Shown: positions 45,642 to 57,553 of the stretch, piece by piece
How the letters are laid out: every line of letters starts with the position of its first letter
Position numbering within the stretch: the first letter of the stretch is position 1
Source of the DNA: an uncultured Actinomycetota bacterium
GTDB taxonomy: Bacteria > Actinomycetota > Actinomycetes > Propionibacteriales > Nocardioidaceae
Length of the DNA stretch: 64,000 nucleotides
Assembly (NCBI GenBank): GCA_963704685.1
Contig: OY969930.1
Span: 1,245,423-1,309,422, forward strand
Direction: 5' to 3'
The notes under the pieces: generated by a model
What the model was told of the DNA's origin: nothing
The model's database searches: none
Seen by the model: only the letters and a program-made list of their open reading frames with translations
Made by a program: the position numbers and the translations under genes

Positions 45642-45668
45642 GACGGGCACCGGCGGGAGAACTCATCA
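45642..45668 (-). promoter_or_regulatory. Putative autoregulatory ECF promoter
   Basis: TGATGA-N18-GTC on the minus strand upstream of the sigma gene. Confidence 0.5.
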
Positions 45669-45727
45669 CCCGGTGCCGCACCCGGGCCTTGGTGGAGCCG
45701 ATCCGGCCCTGAGGACAAACGTGGTGC

Positions 45728-46504
45728 TCAGACCTCGGTGCGGCCGTCGATGTCCTTGTTGCGGATCCCGATCTTCGAGCCCAGCCAGACCAGCGGGTCG
45801 AACTTCCGGTCCACGACGCGTTCCTTCATCGGGATGATCGCGTTGTCGGTGATCTTGATCCCTTCGGGACAGACCTCGGTGCAGCACTTGGTGATGTTGC
45901 ACATCCCGAGGCCGGCCGCACCCTGGGCGAGCTCGCGGCGGTCGTGGGTGTCGAGCGGGTGCATGTCGAGCTCGGCGTACCGCAGGAAGAAGCGCGGCCC
46001 CGCGAAGTCGGGCTTGTTCTCCTCGTGGTCGCGCACCACGTGGCAGGTGTTCTGGCACAGGAAGCACTCGATGCACTTGCGGAACTCCTGGCCACGCTCG
46101 ACGTCGACCTGCTGCATCCGGCGCTTGTTGTCGGCATCGCGCGGGGGCGGCGCGAAGGACGGCAGCTCCTTGGCCTTCTCGTAGTTGTAGGAGACGTCGG
46201 TGACCAGGTCGCGGATCACCGGGAAGGAGCGCATCGGCGTCACCGTGATGGTGTCGGTCTCGGCGAAGTCGGAGAGCCTGGTCATGCACAAGAGCCGGGG
46301 CCGCCCGTTGATCTCCGCACTGCACGAGCCGCACTTGCCGGCCTTGCAGTTCCACCGGATCGCGAGGTCGCCGGCCTGGGTCGCCTGCACCCGGTGCAGC
46401 GCGTCCAGGACCACCTCCCCCTCGGAGACTGCCACCGTGTAGTCGCCGAGGTCGCCGCCGTCCTGGTCGCCGCGCCAGATCCGCATCTTCAGGTCGTATC
46501 CCAC
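45728..46504 (-). CDS. sdhB: Succinate dehydrogenase Fe-S subunit, Sdh1 (Rv0247c-like) type
   Basis: CKAGKCGSC, CIECFLCQNTC, CNITKCCTEVCP. Confidence 0.92.
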   Translation of the reverse strand: MGYDLKMRIWRGDQDGGDLGDYTVAVSEGEVVLDALHRVQATQAGDLAIRWNCKAGKCGSCSAEINGRPRLLCMTRLSDFAETDTITVTPMRSFPVIRDLVTDVSYNYEKAKELPSFAPPPRDADNKRRMQQVDVERGQEFRKCIECFLCQNTCHVVRDHEENKPDFAGPRFFLRYAELDMHPLDTHDRRELAQGAAGLGMCNITKCCTEVCPEGIKITDNAIIPMKERVVDRKFDPLVWLGSKIGIRNKDIDGRTEV

Positions 46505-46514
46505 AGCGGTCCCC

Positions 46515-48389
46515 TCACTTGCTCTCGAAGTAGGTCTTGAGCTCGTCGGGCATCACCGGCAGCGGCTGGTGCGCGAGGTCCACGCCGGTGCCCGCGGCAT
46601 CGAGTCGTACGACGAGGTTCTTGCTGCCCCACTCGGGACTCGGCCCGGGGTGGTCCTCCCGGGTGTGACCGCCCCGGGACTCCTGCCGCTCGAGGGCCGC
46701 CTTGGCGATGCACTCGGAGACGATCAGCATGTTGCGCAGGTCGAGCGCGAGGTGCCAGCCCGGGTTGTACTGCCGGTGCCCCTCGACCAGCAGGTGCTGG
46801 GCGCGCTCCTTGAGCTTCTCGATCTCGCCGAGTGACTCCTCGAGCTCTGCCTCGATCCGGATGATCCCGACCAGGTCGTTCATCGTCTGCTGCAGGTCGG
46901 ACTGGATCGTGTAGGGGTTCTCGGCGTTGCCGTCCGGGTTCTCGAACGGCGACAACGCGTCCGCCTGGGCGGCCTTGAGCGCCAGCTCCGAGACGGCAGG
47001 GCGGGAGGTGCCCAGCGACGAGGCGTACGCCGCTGCCGCCTCCCCGGCCCTTTTGCCGAAGACCAGCAGGTCGGACAGCGAGTTGCCGCCGAGCCGGTTG
47101 GAGCCGTGCATGCCGCCGGAGCACTCCCCCACGGCGTAGAGCCCGGTGACGCCGCTCAGCTCGGTGTCGGGATCGACCTCGACCCCGCCCATCACGTAGT
47201 GGCAGGTCGGCCCGATCTCCATCGGCTCGGCGGTGATGTCGACGTCCGCGAGCTCCTTGAACTGGTGGTACATCGAGGGCAGCCGCTTGCGGATGAACTC
47301 AGGTGAGCGCCGCGACGCGATGTCGAGGTAGATGCCGCCGTGGGGCGTGCCGCGGCCGGCCTTGATCTCGGAGTTGATCGCCCGGGCGACCTCGTCGCGG
47401 GGCAGCAGCTCGGGCGGTCGCCGGTTGTTGGCCTTGTCGTCGTACCACCGATCGGCCTCCTCGACGGTGTCCGCGGTCTCGGCCTTGAAGAAGTCCGGGA
47501 TGTAGTCGAACATGAAGCGCTCGCCCTCGGAGTTCTTCAGGATGCCGCCGTCGCCGCGCACCGACTCCGTGACCAGCAGCCCCTTGACCGAGGGCGGCCA
47601 GACCATGCCGGTCGGGTGGAACTGCACGAACTCCATGTTGATCAGCGAGGCCCCCGCGCGCATCGCCAGCGCGTGCCCGTCGCCGGTGTACTCCCAGGAG
47701 TTCGAGGTGACCTTGAAGGACTTGCCGATGCCGCCGGTCGCGAGGATCACCGACGGCGCCTCGAAGGTGACGAACCGTCCGGTCTCGCGCCAGTAGCCGA
47801 ACGCTCCGGACAACCGGTCGCCTCCCTCCGGGGAGTCCTTGAGCAGCTCGGTGACCGTGAACTCCATGAAGACGTCGATGCCGAGCTGGACCACCCGCTG
47901 CTGGAGGGTGCGGATCATCTCCAGACCGGTGCGGTCGCCGACGTGAGCGAGCCGGGCGTACTTGTGGCCGCCGAAGTCGCGCTGCGAGATCAGCCCGTCC
48001 TCGGTCCGGTCGAAGAGTGCGCCCCAGTCCTCGAGCTCCATCACCCGCTCGGGGGCCTCCTGGGCGTGCAGCTGGGCCATCCGCCAGTTGTTGAGCATCT
48101 TGCCGCCACGCATGGTGTCGCGGAAGTGCACCTCCCAGTTGTCCTCGGGCCACCGGTTGCCCATGGCGGCGGCGATGCCGCCCTCGGCCATCACCGTGTG
48201 CGCCTTGCCGAGCAGGGACTTGCAGACGATCGCCGTGCGCGCCCCGGCCTCGTGGGCCGCGATCGCGGCGCGCAGGCCGGAGCCTCCGGCGCCGATGACC
48301 AGGACGTCGTAGTCGTGCCGCTCCTGGCCGCCGACCGCGCTGCCGGACATCTCGTTGCCGGTCATCGGGTGCCGGTCGCCGGACGCCAT
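46515..48389 (-). CDS. sdhA: Succinate dehydrogenase flavoprotein, Sdh1 (Rv0248c-like) type
   Basis: GAGGSG, AHTVMAEGGI, QFHPTG, ESVRGDG, HYVMGG, HGSNRLGGNSL, ESRGGH. Confidence 0.93.
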   Translation of the reverse strand: MASGDRHPMTGNEMSGSAVGGQERHDYDVLVIGAGGSGLRAAIAAHEAGARTAIVCKSLLGKAHTVMAEGGIAAAMGNRWPEDNWEVHFRDTMRGGKMLNNWRMAQLHAQEAPERVMELEDWGALFDRTEDGLISQRDFGGHKYARLAHVGDRTGLEMIRTLQQRVVQLGIDVFMEFTVTELLKDSPEGGDRLSGAFGYWRETGRFVTFEAPSVILATGGIGKSFKVTSNSWEYTGDGHALAMRAGASLINMEFVQFHPTGMVWPPSVKGLLVTESVRGDGGILKNSEGERFMFDYIPDFFKAETADTVEEADRWYDDKANNRRPPELLPRDEVARAINSEIKAGRGTPHGGIYLDIASRRSPEFIRKRLPSMYHQFKELADVDITAEPMEIGPTCHYVMGGVEVDPDTELSGVTGLYAVGECSGGMHGSNRLGGNSLSDLLVFGKRAGEAAAAYASSLGTSRPAVSELALKAAQADALSPFENPDGNAENPYTIQSDLQQTMNDLVGIIRIEAELEESLGEIEKLKERAQHLLVEGHRQYNPGWHLALDLRNMLIVSECIAKAALERQESRGGHTREDHPGPSPEWGSKNLVVRLDAAGTGVDLAHQPLPVMPDELKTYFESK

Positions 48390-49210
48390 CAGAAGAACCT
48401 CGGGTCGTCGAAGGTGCCGGTCGCGAGCAGGTAGATGTAGAGGTCCACCAGGGCCACCGAGAAGAGGGAGTACCACGCATAGCGCCCGTGGTTGACGTTG
48501 AGCCTCGAGACCCAGGTCCAGAGCTTGTAGCGGACCGGATGCTTGGAGAAGTGCCGAAGCCGGCCGCCGACGGTGTGCCGGCACGAGTGGCACGACAGCG
48601 TGTAGAGCCAGATCAGCACCACGTTGATCACCATCAGCACGGTGCCGAGGCCCATGTGGCCCCACTCGTGGTCGGCGTTGCGGAACGCCAGCACCGTGTC
48701 GTAGGTCAGCACCAGCCCGACCAGGATGGCGGCGTACCAGAAGTAGCGGTGCACGTTCTGCACGAGCAGCGGGAAGCGGGACTCACCGGAGTACTTGCCG
48801 TGCGGCTCGGCGACCGCGCACGCCGGCGGTGAGAGCCAGAACGCCCGGTAGTAGGCCTTGCGGTAGTAGTAGCAGGTCATCCGGAAGCCGAGCGGGAAGA
48901 CCAGGATCAGCAGCGCCGCGGACAGCGGCCAGGCCTCGAAGGGCTGCCCGAAGTCGGAGGCGCCCTCGACGCAGTCGCCCAGGCACGGCGAGTAGAACGG
49001 CGAGAGGTAGGGCGACGCGTAGTAGTTGGCACCCGAGAAGGCCCGCCAGGTGGCGTAGACGATGAACGAGCCGAAGACGATGAAGGTGACCAGCGGGGCG
49101 AGCCACCACCGGTCCTCGCGGAGCGTCCGGAGCCCGATCCTGGCCCTGGTCGGGCCGTTCACGCCCGTGCCTGTGGTCACCTGCTGCTGTCGCGCGTCCG
49201 TCGACGCCAT
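48389..49210 (-). CDS. Sdh1 membrane anchor (Rv0249c-like)
   Basis: Multiple TMs, SPFYSP, FRMTCYYYRKAYYR, CHSCRH; GGAGG RBS. Confidence 0.88.
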   Translation of the reverse strand: MASTDARQQQVTTGTGVNGPTRARIGLRTLREDRWWLAPLVTFIVFGSFIVYATWRAFSGANYYASPYLSPFYSPCLGDCVEGASDFGQPFEAWPLSAALLILVFPLGFRMTCYYYRKAYYRAFWLSPPACAVAEPHGKYSGESRFPLLVQNVHRYFWYAAILVGLVLTYDTVLAFRNADHEWGHMGLGTVLMVINVVLIWLYTLSCHSCRHTVGGRLRHFSKHPVRYKLWTWVSRLNVNHGRYAWYSLFSVALVDLYIYLLATGTFDDPRFF

Positions 49211-49265
49211 CGCCACCTCCGGGAGTCGGGGTCTCGCGTAGGCAGTCTGCCCACTCGGGCCCGGA

Positions 49266-49281
49266 TGTGAAAGGGGCCACA
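49266..49281. promoter_or_regulatory. CRP/GlxR-like site
   Basis: TGTGA-AAGGGG-CCACA has one mismatch to TGTGA-N6-TCACA and lies 55 bp upstream of the sdh1 operon. Confidence 0.55.
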
Positions 49282-49386
49282 CCGGATCAGGGAGAACACG
49301 TTCCACCAGAGACCGTTCATCCGGGCGCCATCTCGCCGCTGATCTGATTCTGGGGCCCGGCCACCTTGACGGGGCACGGTGCAGGC

Positions 49387-50448
49387 ATGCGGATCGCCTT
49401 GGTGACCGAGTCCTTCTTCCCCGCCGTCGACGCCACGACCACCACCGTGAAGGCGGTCGCCGACCGGCTGGTGGAGCGCGGGCACGAGGTGCTCGTCGTG
49501 GCACCGGCCCCGGGTCTGTCGTCGTACGGCGGCAGCCGGGTCGCCCGGATCCGCGCCCTCGACAAGCCCGGCAGCCAAGTGGTGGAGGCGCTCTCGTCCT
49601 TCCGGCCGGACCTCGTGCACGTCACCTCCCCCGGGCGGGTCGGCCGCAAGGCCCTCCGGCACGCCTGGCAGGTCGGCCTCCCCGCGCTCACTGTCGTGCA
49701 GTCACCTGTCGAGGACGGTGCCGTGGACCGGTGGCGGAGCCGGGTCGTGGAGCGCTCGGACGCGGTTGTGGTGACCGCGGACTGGATGGTCGACCGGCTC
49801 GCCGGTCTGTCTGTCGCCGCAGGGCTCTGGACACCCGGCGTCGACACTGCTGCCTTCACCCCGGCCCTGCGCGACACCTGGCTGCACGAACGCTGGTCCC
49901 GCGCCCGCTCGGGCTCCGGCCCGCTCGTGGTGGTCGGCTACGTCGGTGGTCTGCGCAACCGCCACGACGTCCGCCAGCTCGCCGAGCTGCGCCGGGTGCC
50001 CGGGATCAGGCCGGTGATGATCGGCGACGGCCCCCAGCGCGACTGGCTGGAGGCGCGGCTGCCAGCCGCGAAGTTCACCGGCACGCTCGCGACCAGCGAC
50101 CTGGCCGCCGTGCTCCCCACCCTCGACGTGCTGGTCCACCCGGGACGGCAGGAGACCTGCTGCCACCCGCTGCGCGAGGCGGCCGCGAGCGGGGTCCCGG
50201 TGGTGGCGCCGCGAGCCGGCGGCGCCACGGGCGTCGTACGACACCTCGAGACCGGACTGCTCTACGACCCGGACGACGACAACGGTCTGGTCCGGGCCGT
50301 CTCCGCGATCGCAGCGGACCGGCACCGGGCCCTGCTCGGCGAGCAGGGGCGGGCCGCCGCGACCCGCAGCTGGCGCAGCGCTGTCGACGAGCTGGTGGAG
50401 CGCCACTACCTGCCACGGGTGGCGACGGCGACGACGACTGGCCGGTAA
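49387..50448 (+). CDS. GT4 glycosyltransferase (MgtA/PimB-like)
   Basis: MRIALVTESFFP, GVDT..F, ETCCHPLREAAASGVPVVAP, TGLLY. Confidence 0.85.
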   Translation: MRIALVTESFFPAVDATTTTVKAVADRLVERGHEVLVVAPAPGLSSYGGSRVARIRALDKPGSQVVEALSSFRPDLVHVTSPGRVGRKALRHAWQVGLPALTVVQSPVEDGAVDRWRSRVVERSDAVVVTADWMVDRLAGLSVAAGLWTPGVDTAAFTPALRDTWLHERWSRARSGSGPLVVVGYVGGLRNRHDVRQLAELRRVPGIRPVMIGDGPQRDWLEARLPAAKFTGTLATSDLAAVLPTLDVLVHPGRQETCCHPLREAAASGVPVVAPRAGGATGVVRHLETGLLYDPDDDNGLVRAVSAIAADRHRALLGEQGRAAATRSWRSAVDELVERHYLPRVATATTTGR

Positions 50449-50512
50449 CCGGACGTATGTCACAGTGCCCTGCGCGCGACGCTGGACGACATGCGGGGTA
50501 GCGTGACCTGTC

Positions 50513-51214
50513 GTGGCAACGACGACCCTGGTCAAGGGAGCGCGCGCGTCGCGCTCGACCATCACCCTCAAGCTCCTGATGGCTGCCAGTGGCATCATCT
50601 TCATCGGGTTCGTGCTCGTGCACATGTACGGCAACCTCAAGGCCTTCTCCGGCCATGACGCCTACAACGAGTACGCCAAGCACCTCCGCATCCTGGGCGA
50701 GCCGATGCTCCCGCGCGAGGGGGCCCTGTGGATCATCCGCGCGGGCCTGATCGCGGCCCTCGTGGTGCACGTGGCCTGCGCCGTGGCGCTGTGGCGTCGC
50801 GCCAAGAAGGCACGCACGACGAAGTACGTGATGAAGAAGAACGTCGCCTCGTCGTTCTCCTCGCGCTGGATGCGCTGGGGCGGACTGACCCTGCTGCTCT
50901 TCATCATCTGGCACCTGATCAACTTCACGATCGGCAAGGTCAACGTCACCGGCGGCGAGACCAACGACCCCTACAACCTGCTGGTCGACACCTTCGACAC
51001 CTGGTGGATGACCCTCATCTACCTCGCCGCGATGCTCACCCTCGGCCTGCACCTGCACCACGGCGTGTGGAGCTCGGCCCAGACGCTCGGCCTGACCAAC
51101 AACGTCCGTGCGCGCCGCAACGCCAAGGGCCTGGGCTGGATCCTCGCGGTCGTCATCGCCGGCGGCTTCTCGCTCGTCCCGATCTTCGTCCTCGCCGGCG
51201 TCATCACCAAGTGA
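50513..51214 (+). CDS. sdhC: Succinate dehydrogenase cytochrome b subunit (single large anchor)
   Basis: KLLMAASG, heme-ligand His in HMYGN, VHV, WHL, HLHHG; 5 TMs. Confidence 0.9.
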   Translation: MATTTLVKGARASRSTITLKLLMAASGIIFIGFVLVHMYGNLKAFSGHDAYNEYAKHLRILGEPMLPREGALWIIRAGLIAALVVHVACAVALWRRAKKARTTKYVMKKNVASSFSSRWMRWGGLTLLLFIIWHLINFTIGKVNVTGGETNDPYNLLVDTFDTWWMTLIYLAAMLTLGLHLHHGVWSSAQTLGLTNNVRARRNAKGLGWILAVVIAGGFSLVPIFVLAGVITK

Positions 51215-51239
51215 CCAACAAGTTAGGGGTCTCCCGCAC

Positions 51240-53263
<2,024 letters not shown>

Positions 53264-53267
<4 letters not shown>

Positions 53268-54007
53268 ATCTGACCCTCAAGATCTGGCGCCAGCCGGACG
53301 CCGCATCCGCGGGCGCGATGCACACCTACGCCATCACCGACGTGTCCGAGGACATGTCGTTCCTCGAGATGCTCGACGTGCTCAACGAGGAGCTCAACAC
53401 CAAGGGCGAGGAGCCGATCGCGTTCGACTCCGACTGTCGCGAGGGCATCTGCGGCATGTGCGGCCTGATGATCAACGGTCAGGCCCACGGCCCCGAGGTC
53501 ACCACCACCTGCCAGCTGCACATGCGTTCCTTCAAGGACGGCGACGAGATCGTCATCGAGCCCTGGCGCGCCGACGCCTTCCCGGTCGTCAAGGACCTGT
53601 GCGTCGACCGCGGCTCCTTCGACCGGATCATCCAGTCGGGCGGCTACATCTCGGTCAACACCGGCTCCGCCCCCGAGGCCCACGCCACCCCGGTCCCCCG
53701 CGACGACGCGCTGCGCGCCTTCAACGTGGCCACCTGCATCGGCTGCGGCGCCTGCGTCGCGGCCTGCCCGAACGGATCGGCCTCGCTCTTCATGGGCGCC
53801 AAGATCACCCACCTGGGCGAGCTGCCCCAGGGTCAGCCGGAGCGCGACACCCGTGTCGTCGACATGGTGGCCCAGCACGACCACGAGGGGTTCGGTGGCT
53901 GCACCAACATCGGTGAGTGCACGGCCGCCTGCCCCAAGGAGATCCCGCTCGACGTGATCTCCCGCCTCAACTGGGACCTGCACCAGGCCCTGCGCCACGG
54001 GCATTAG
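53264..54007 (+). CDS. sdhB: Succinate dehydrogenase/fumarate reductase Fe-S subunit (second type)
   Basis: [33 protein letters not shown]. Confidence 0.93.
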
Positions 54008-54013
54008 TCCCCT

Positions 54014-54481
54014 TCAGCGCACGTTGAGCTGCGCCATCGTGCCGTGCAGCCGCCAGAACATCGCTGGCGGTAGCGGTACGCCGTGCGCTGCGGCCTCCAG
54101 ATAGGTCAGATGAACGCACCACCCGTCGCGGTACGACTCCGCGAGGTCACCGAGCGCGCTGTGGCTCAGCCGGAGGTCGGTGATGCCACCTGACTCAGCC
54201 AGTTCAAGCACAACCTTCGTGGCAGGCTCATCCGGAAAGCGCCAGGTGAAGTCGAGTCTGCTTGGCTCGACGCACGTGATGACGGTCGATCGGCAGCAGT
54301 AGTCATCCCCGTGATCGACGACGAACTCAGACTCAGCCGAGACCGTACCGCTGACCAGTTCTCCTAGCCACTGCCGGAGCAGATCGGCATCCGTCAGGCA
54401 CTGCCACACCCGAGCACGAGGGACTTCGATACGCCATGCGAGGCTGACGTTGATGGAATCATCGAGTTGGATCAACGGCAC
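54014..54481 (-). CDS. SRPBCC/AHSA1-domain protein
   Basis: RVWQCLTDADLLRQW, EPSRLDFTW, DGWCVHL; less GC-biased codons than neighbours. Confidence 0.75.
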   Translation of the reverse strand: MPLIQLDDSINVSLAWRIEVPRARVWQCLTDADLLRQWLGELVSGTVSAESEFVVDHGDDYCCRSTVITCVEPSRLDFTWRFPDEPATKVVLELAESGGITDLRLSHSALGDLAESYRDGWCVHLTYLEAAAHGVPLPPAMFWRLHGTMAQLNVR

Positions 54482-54561
54482 GGCAGCGAGCCTATTGGCT
54501 GGCGTCAGAACGCATCCGGATCCGCCGCCTGTCGGCGGGGGCGTTCTCGAGCATGCAGCAA

Positions 54562-54897
54562 TCAGCGCACCGGCCCGCCGAAGAACACCTGGACCTCGGT
54601 GATCAGGTTGTCGACAACGGTGATCAGCTCGACGTTCCGGTGCGTGCCTCCGGCCTTCAGGTCGTACTCGTACATGACGAAGACGCTGTGCTCGTTCGCG
54701 CGAACCACGTGGATCAGCTCTTGCCGGGAGACTCGATCTGCGGTGGGGAAACAGCGCTCGAGGAACGCGTCCTTGTCGATGTGGTCATCCTGGGGACTGG
54801 TGAAGGTCAGGTCCTCGCTCAGCAGCGCCTCGCAAGCAGCTCGATCCTGACGAAGGTAGGCATCGAAGTTGGCACGGACGGTCTCCTCCGCGGTCAT
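54562..54897 (-). CDS. NTF2/SnoaL-like protein
   Basis: FTSPQDDHIDK..FLERCFP, RNVE, EVQVFFG; GAGGGGAGG RBS. Confidence 0.8.
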   Translation of the reverse strand: MTAEETVRANFDAYLRQDRAACEALLSEDLTFTSPQDDHIDKDAFLERCFPTADRVSRQELIHVVRANEHSVFVMYEYDLKAGGTHRNVELITVVDNLITEVQVFFGGPVR

Positions 54898-55082
54898 TGG
54901 CCCTCCCCTCAGTTGGATCCGTGTTCCCGGTACCGGCATTGGTCCTCGCCGCCCCATCGTGAACCAGTCAACGTGGTGGGTCACTTCCCCGCAAGTAGGA
55001 CGCACGGATCTGGCGCCATGGCCGGGCTTATCGTGGCAGTCCCACCTGACCCGGGAAGAGTGGTTAGGTCCCCACGAAGGAG

Positions 55083-56192
55083 ATGCGCGTGACCAGATCG
55101 ATCCGTTCGTTAGTGGCTCTCGGGGCCGCGGTACTGCTGGCCCTCGGGTTGAGCACAGCCGCGACGGCTACCGCCACGGCCGGTTCGGCACCTGCCTCAA
55201 CCCATCGCCACCTCGTCGAGAGTCCTGCCCAGGCAGCCCTGGCACGGGCTGTGGCGCCCAGCGAGTGCGAAGGCACCCTGCTCGACACCTACATCGACCA
55301 GCTCTTCGCCGACATGACCGACCAGCAGTTCGCTTTCCTGGTCGCCCACCAGGACACCTTGTTCAACGTGCCGACGTACGACGCGCTGTTCTTCGGCACT
55401 ACCAACGACCCCGACTACGCCCTCGAGTCCCACGCTCAGCAGATCAGGAACACCTTCCGCGACCTGCGCCGGTTCTGGGACATCGAGTCCGCCGACATCC
55501 AGCTGATGGCCATGCACGGTGACGTGCTGCTCGACGCCGATCGCATCGCGAAGACCCTCACCGCCATGGTCGCGACCGGTGAGGTCGACCCGATGACCCC
55601 GTCCGAGATCCAGGCGGAAGCCGCCACCGTGGCCGACTTCATGCAGACGCAGGGCGACTTCTACGACAACCCGCTCTGGACGCTCAACGCGTTCGCCTTC
55701 ACTGGCGACGGGGACACCGACCCCTTCATCGCCGCGCTTCCAGACAAGCTCATCATGGGCGACGGCATCATCGACGCCTACGATGCCATTGGCCTCGGTG
55801 ACGTGGGGATCCGCGTGATCATGGCCCACGAGTTCGGGCACCACGTCCAGTTCGAGCTCGGCGTCTTCGACACCGGACCGACGGACCCCGCCGAGGCCAC
55901 TCGACGTACCGAGCTCATGGCCGACGCCATGGCCGCCTACTACGGAACTCACAAAATGGGCCTGGCGCTCAACAAGAAGCGGGTCGCCGACGCGCTGCTG
56001 AGCTTCTACACCGTCGGCGACTGCCAGTTCGACAGCCCCGGCCACCACGGAACGCCGCTGCAGCGCGAGCGTGCTGCCGACTGGGGCGCCGACCTGGCCG
56101 CCGCTGCCAAGCCGCGGAGCTACATCCTCCCCCCAGCGACCTTCGTCGAGCTCTTCGACGAAGCGCTGCCGCAGATCATCTCCGGGAGCTGA
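55083..56192 (+). CDS. Secreted neutral zinc metallopeptidase
   Basis: Signal peptide, NAFA, AHEFGHHVQ, ELMAD, HGTPLQR; AAGGAG RBS. Confidence 0.85.
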   Translation: MRVTRSIRSLVALGAAVLLALGLSTAATATATAGSAPASTHRHLVESPAQAALARAVAPSECEGTLLDTYIDQLFADMTDQQFAFLVAHQDTLFNVPTYDALFFGTTNDPDYALESHAQQIRNTFRDLRRFWDIESADIQLMAMHGDVLLDADRIAKTLTAMVATGEVDPMTPSEIQAEAATVADFMQTQGDFYDNPLWTLNAFAFTGDGDTDPFIAALPDKLIMGDGIIDAYDAIGLGDVGIRVIMAHEFGHHVQFELGVFDTGPTDPAEATRRTELMADAMAAYYGTHKMGLALNKKRVADALLSFYTVGDCQFDSPGHHGTPLQRERAADWGADLAAAAKPRSYILPPATFVELFDEALPQIISGS

Positions 56193-56216
56193 GCCAGGAC
56201 GCCTCGGACCTACTCC

Positions 56217-56253
56217 AGCACCGCCCCGGCTCCCGGCGAGCCGGGGCGGTGCT
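56217..56253. terminator. Perfect 16-bp stem-loop after the peptidase gene
   Basis: AGCACCGCCCCGGCTC-CCGGC-GAGCCGGGGCGGTGCT. Confidence 0.75.
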
Positions 56254-56486
56254 CAGCCAGCGTCGTCCGCTTCGACGTGATTGGCGACTGCTGGCGCCAC
56301 GCGACCTCTTCGAGAGACCACGGATCCGTTGCGCTGGAACGTCGTGCGCAAGTCACACCTGACGTCCGCTCATATCCGAGATGCGGTTGCCCCGCCATCC
56401 GGCCGATCACCCTCTTTCCCCTTCGGCTGGCCATATCCGCCGTCGCTCAGGGGTCGGCGTGCCCTGTGGCGGGTAGCGTGCCGTAG

Positions 56487-56678
56487 ATGACTGAGGAAGC
56501 GTCGAGGATGGAAGACCCGGACTGGCCAAGACGATGCGAGCACTGCGGGCACGAACTCGCGTCCGTGGTGACGGACGTGTTCCCAGGCGGCGACGAGCAG
56601 CTGGACATACCAGTGGCGCTAGACGTCTGCCCGAACCCGGCGTGCCCGTCGAAGACACCGGGATCGCCGAACCGGTGA
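56487..56678 (+). CDS. Small Zn-ribbon-like protein (63 aa)
   Basis: CEHCG...CPNPAC; TAGCGT -10 7 nt upstream of the ATG. Confidence 0.6.
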   Translation: MTEEASRMEDPDWPRRCEHCGHELASVVTDVFPGGDEQLDIPVALDVCPNPACPSKTPGSPNR

Positions 56679-56843
56679 GGCCCGAGGTCACTTGGCTCTG
56701 TCTCGCGACAGCGTCGACCTCGAGGTCGAGGTAGCGACCGGCCATGCCTCGACCCCTGGTGATTCCGAATGCCGTGCGGTCCAGGTGCGCCGCCGAACCG
56801 TGGACAGTTTGACCTGACCCATTCCACCGCAAGTGCAACGCCA

Positions 56844-57518
56844 TCACGCCTCTGCCGCGGCAAGCGCGGCTCGCTCCACCCACTTCGGAATGTCCCCGTA
56901 GCGCTGGTTCGGCACGAGCTTCCCTTCGGCACAACACTCGATCAACTGCGTCATTCGGCGGGCGCGGGTGACGTCCTGCTTGGCTGAGGTCACCCAGACG
57001 GCGCAGACCTTGCGGTAGCTCGCGGTCGAAGCCTGCCAGAAGGCGGTGGCCGCCGGCGATGCCGCCAGTGCCTCGGCGTAGGAATCCGGCAGTCCGGCCC
57101 AAGGCCGCTCGTGGCTGTAGGGCGCCTCTTCGCGGCTGCGCAGCTCCCAGATCGCCAGCCCGCTCGGTTGCATCCGTCCCTCGGCCCGCAGCTTCTCGAC
57201 GAGGTTGAGATTGACCCGGCTCCACTGGGAGGTCTTCTTGCGAGGGGTCCAGCGCTGCCGCCTGGACTCCTCGTCGATGCGCTGCGCGACCGAGTCGATC
57301 CATCCCCAGCACAGCGCCTCGACGACTGCTTGCTCCCAGGTCAGGCCGCGATCGACGACGCCCTTCTTCTTCAAGCCCATCCACAGCACCGTCTCGGTGT
57401 CGTGGTGCAGTGCCAGCCAGGCAGCGAACTCCTCAGGGCTGTCGAAGAACCGCGCTGGTCGCTCGGGCGAGCCGCCCATCCGACCTGGGGTCACGGGCTC
57501 TGGCTGGGAACGTGTCAT
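56844..57518 (-). CDS. YdeI/OmpD-associated family protein
   Basis: FAAWL..HH, EALCWGWID, TPRKKTSQWSRVN, GRMQPSG, SAKQDVTRARR; the start could be 57479. Confidence 0.88.
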   Translation of the reverse strand: MTRSQPEPVTPGRMGGSPERPARFFDSPEEFAAWLALHHDTETVLWMGLKKKGVVDRGLTWEQAVVEALCWGWIDSVAQRIDEESRRQRWTPRKKTSQWSRVNLNLVEKLRAEGRMQPSGLAIWELRSREEAPYSHERPWAGLPDSYAEALAASPAATAFWQASTASYRKVCAVWVTSAKQDVTRARRMTQLIECCAEGKLVPNQRYGDIPKWVERAALAAAEA

Positions 57519-57553
57519 ACACCGAGTGTGCTGCCGAGCGCCGACATTGCCCG

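Noticed and set aside
56210-56434. 74-aa minus-strand ORF and overlapping short ORFs
   Set aside because: No recognisable motif, atypical codons, and it runs through a terminator hairpin
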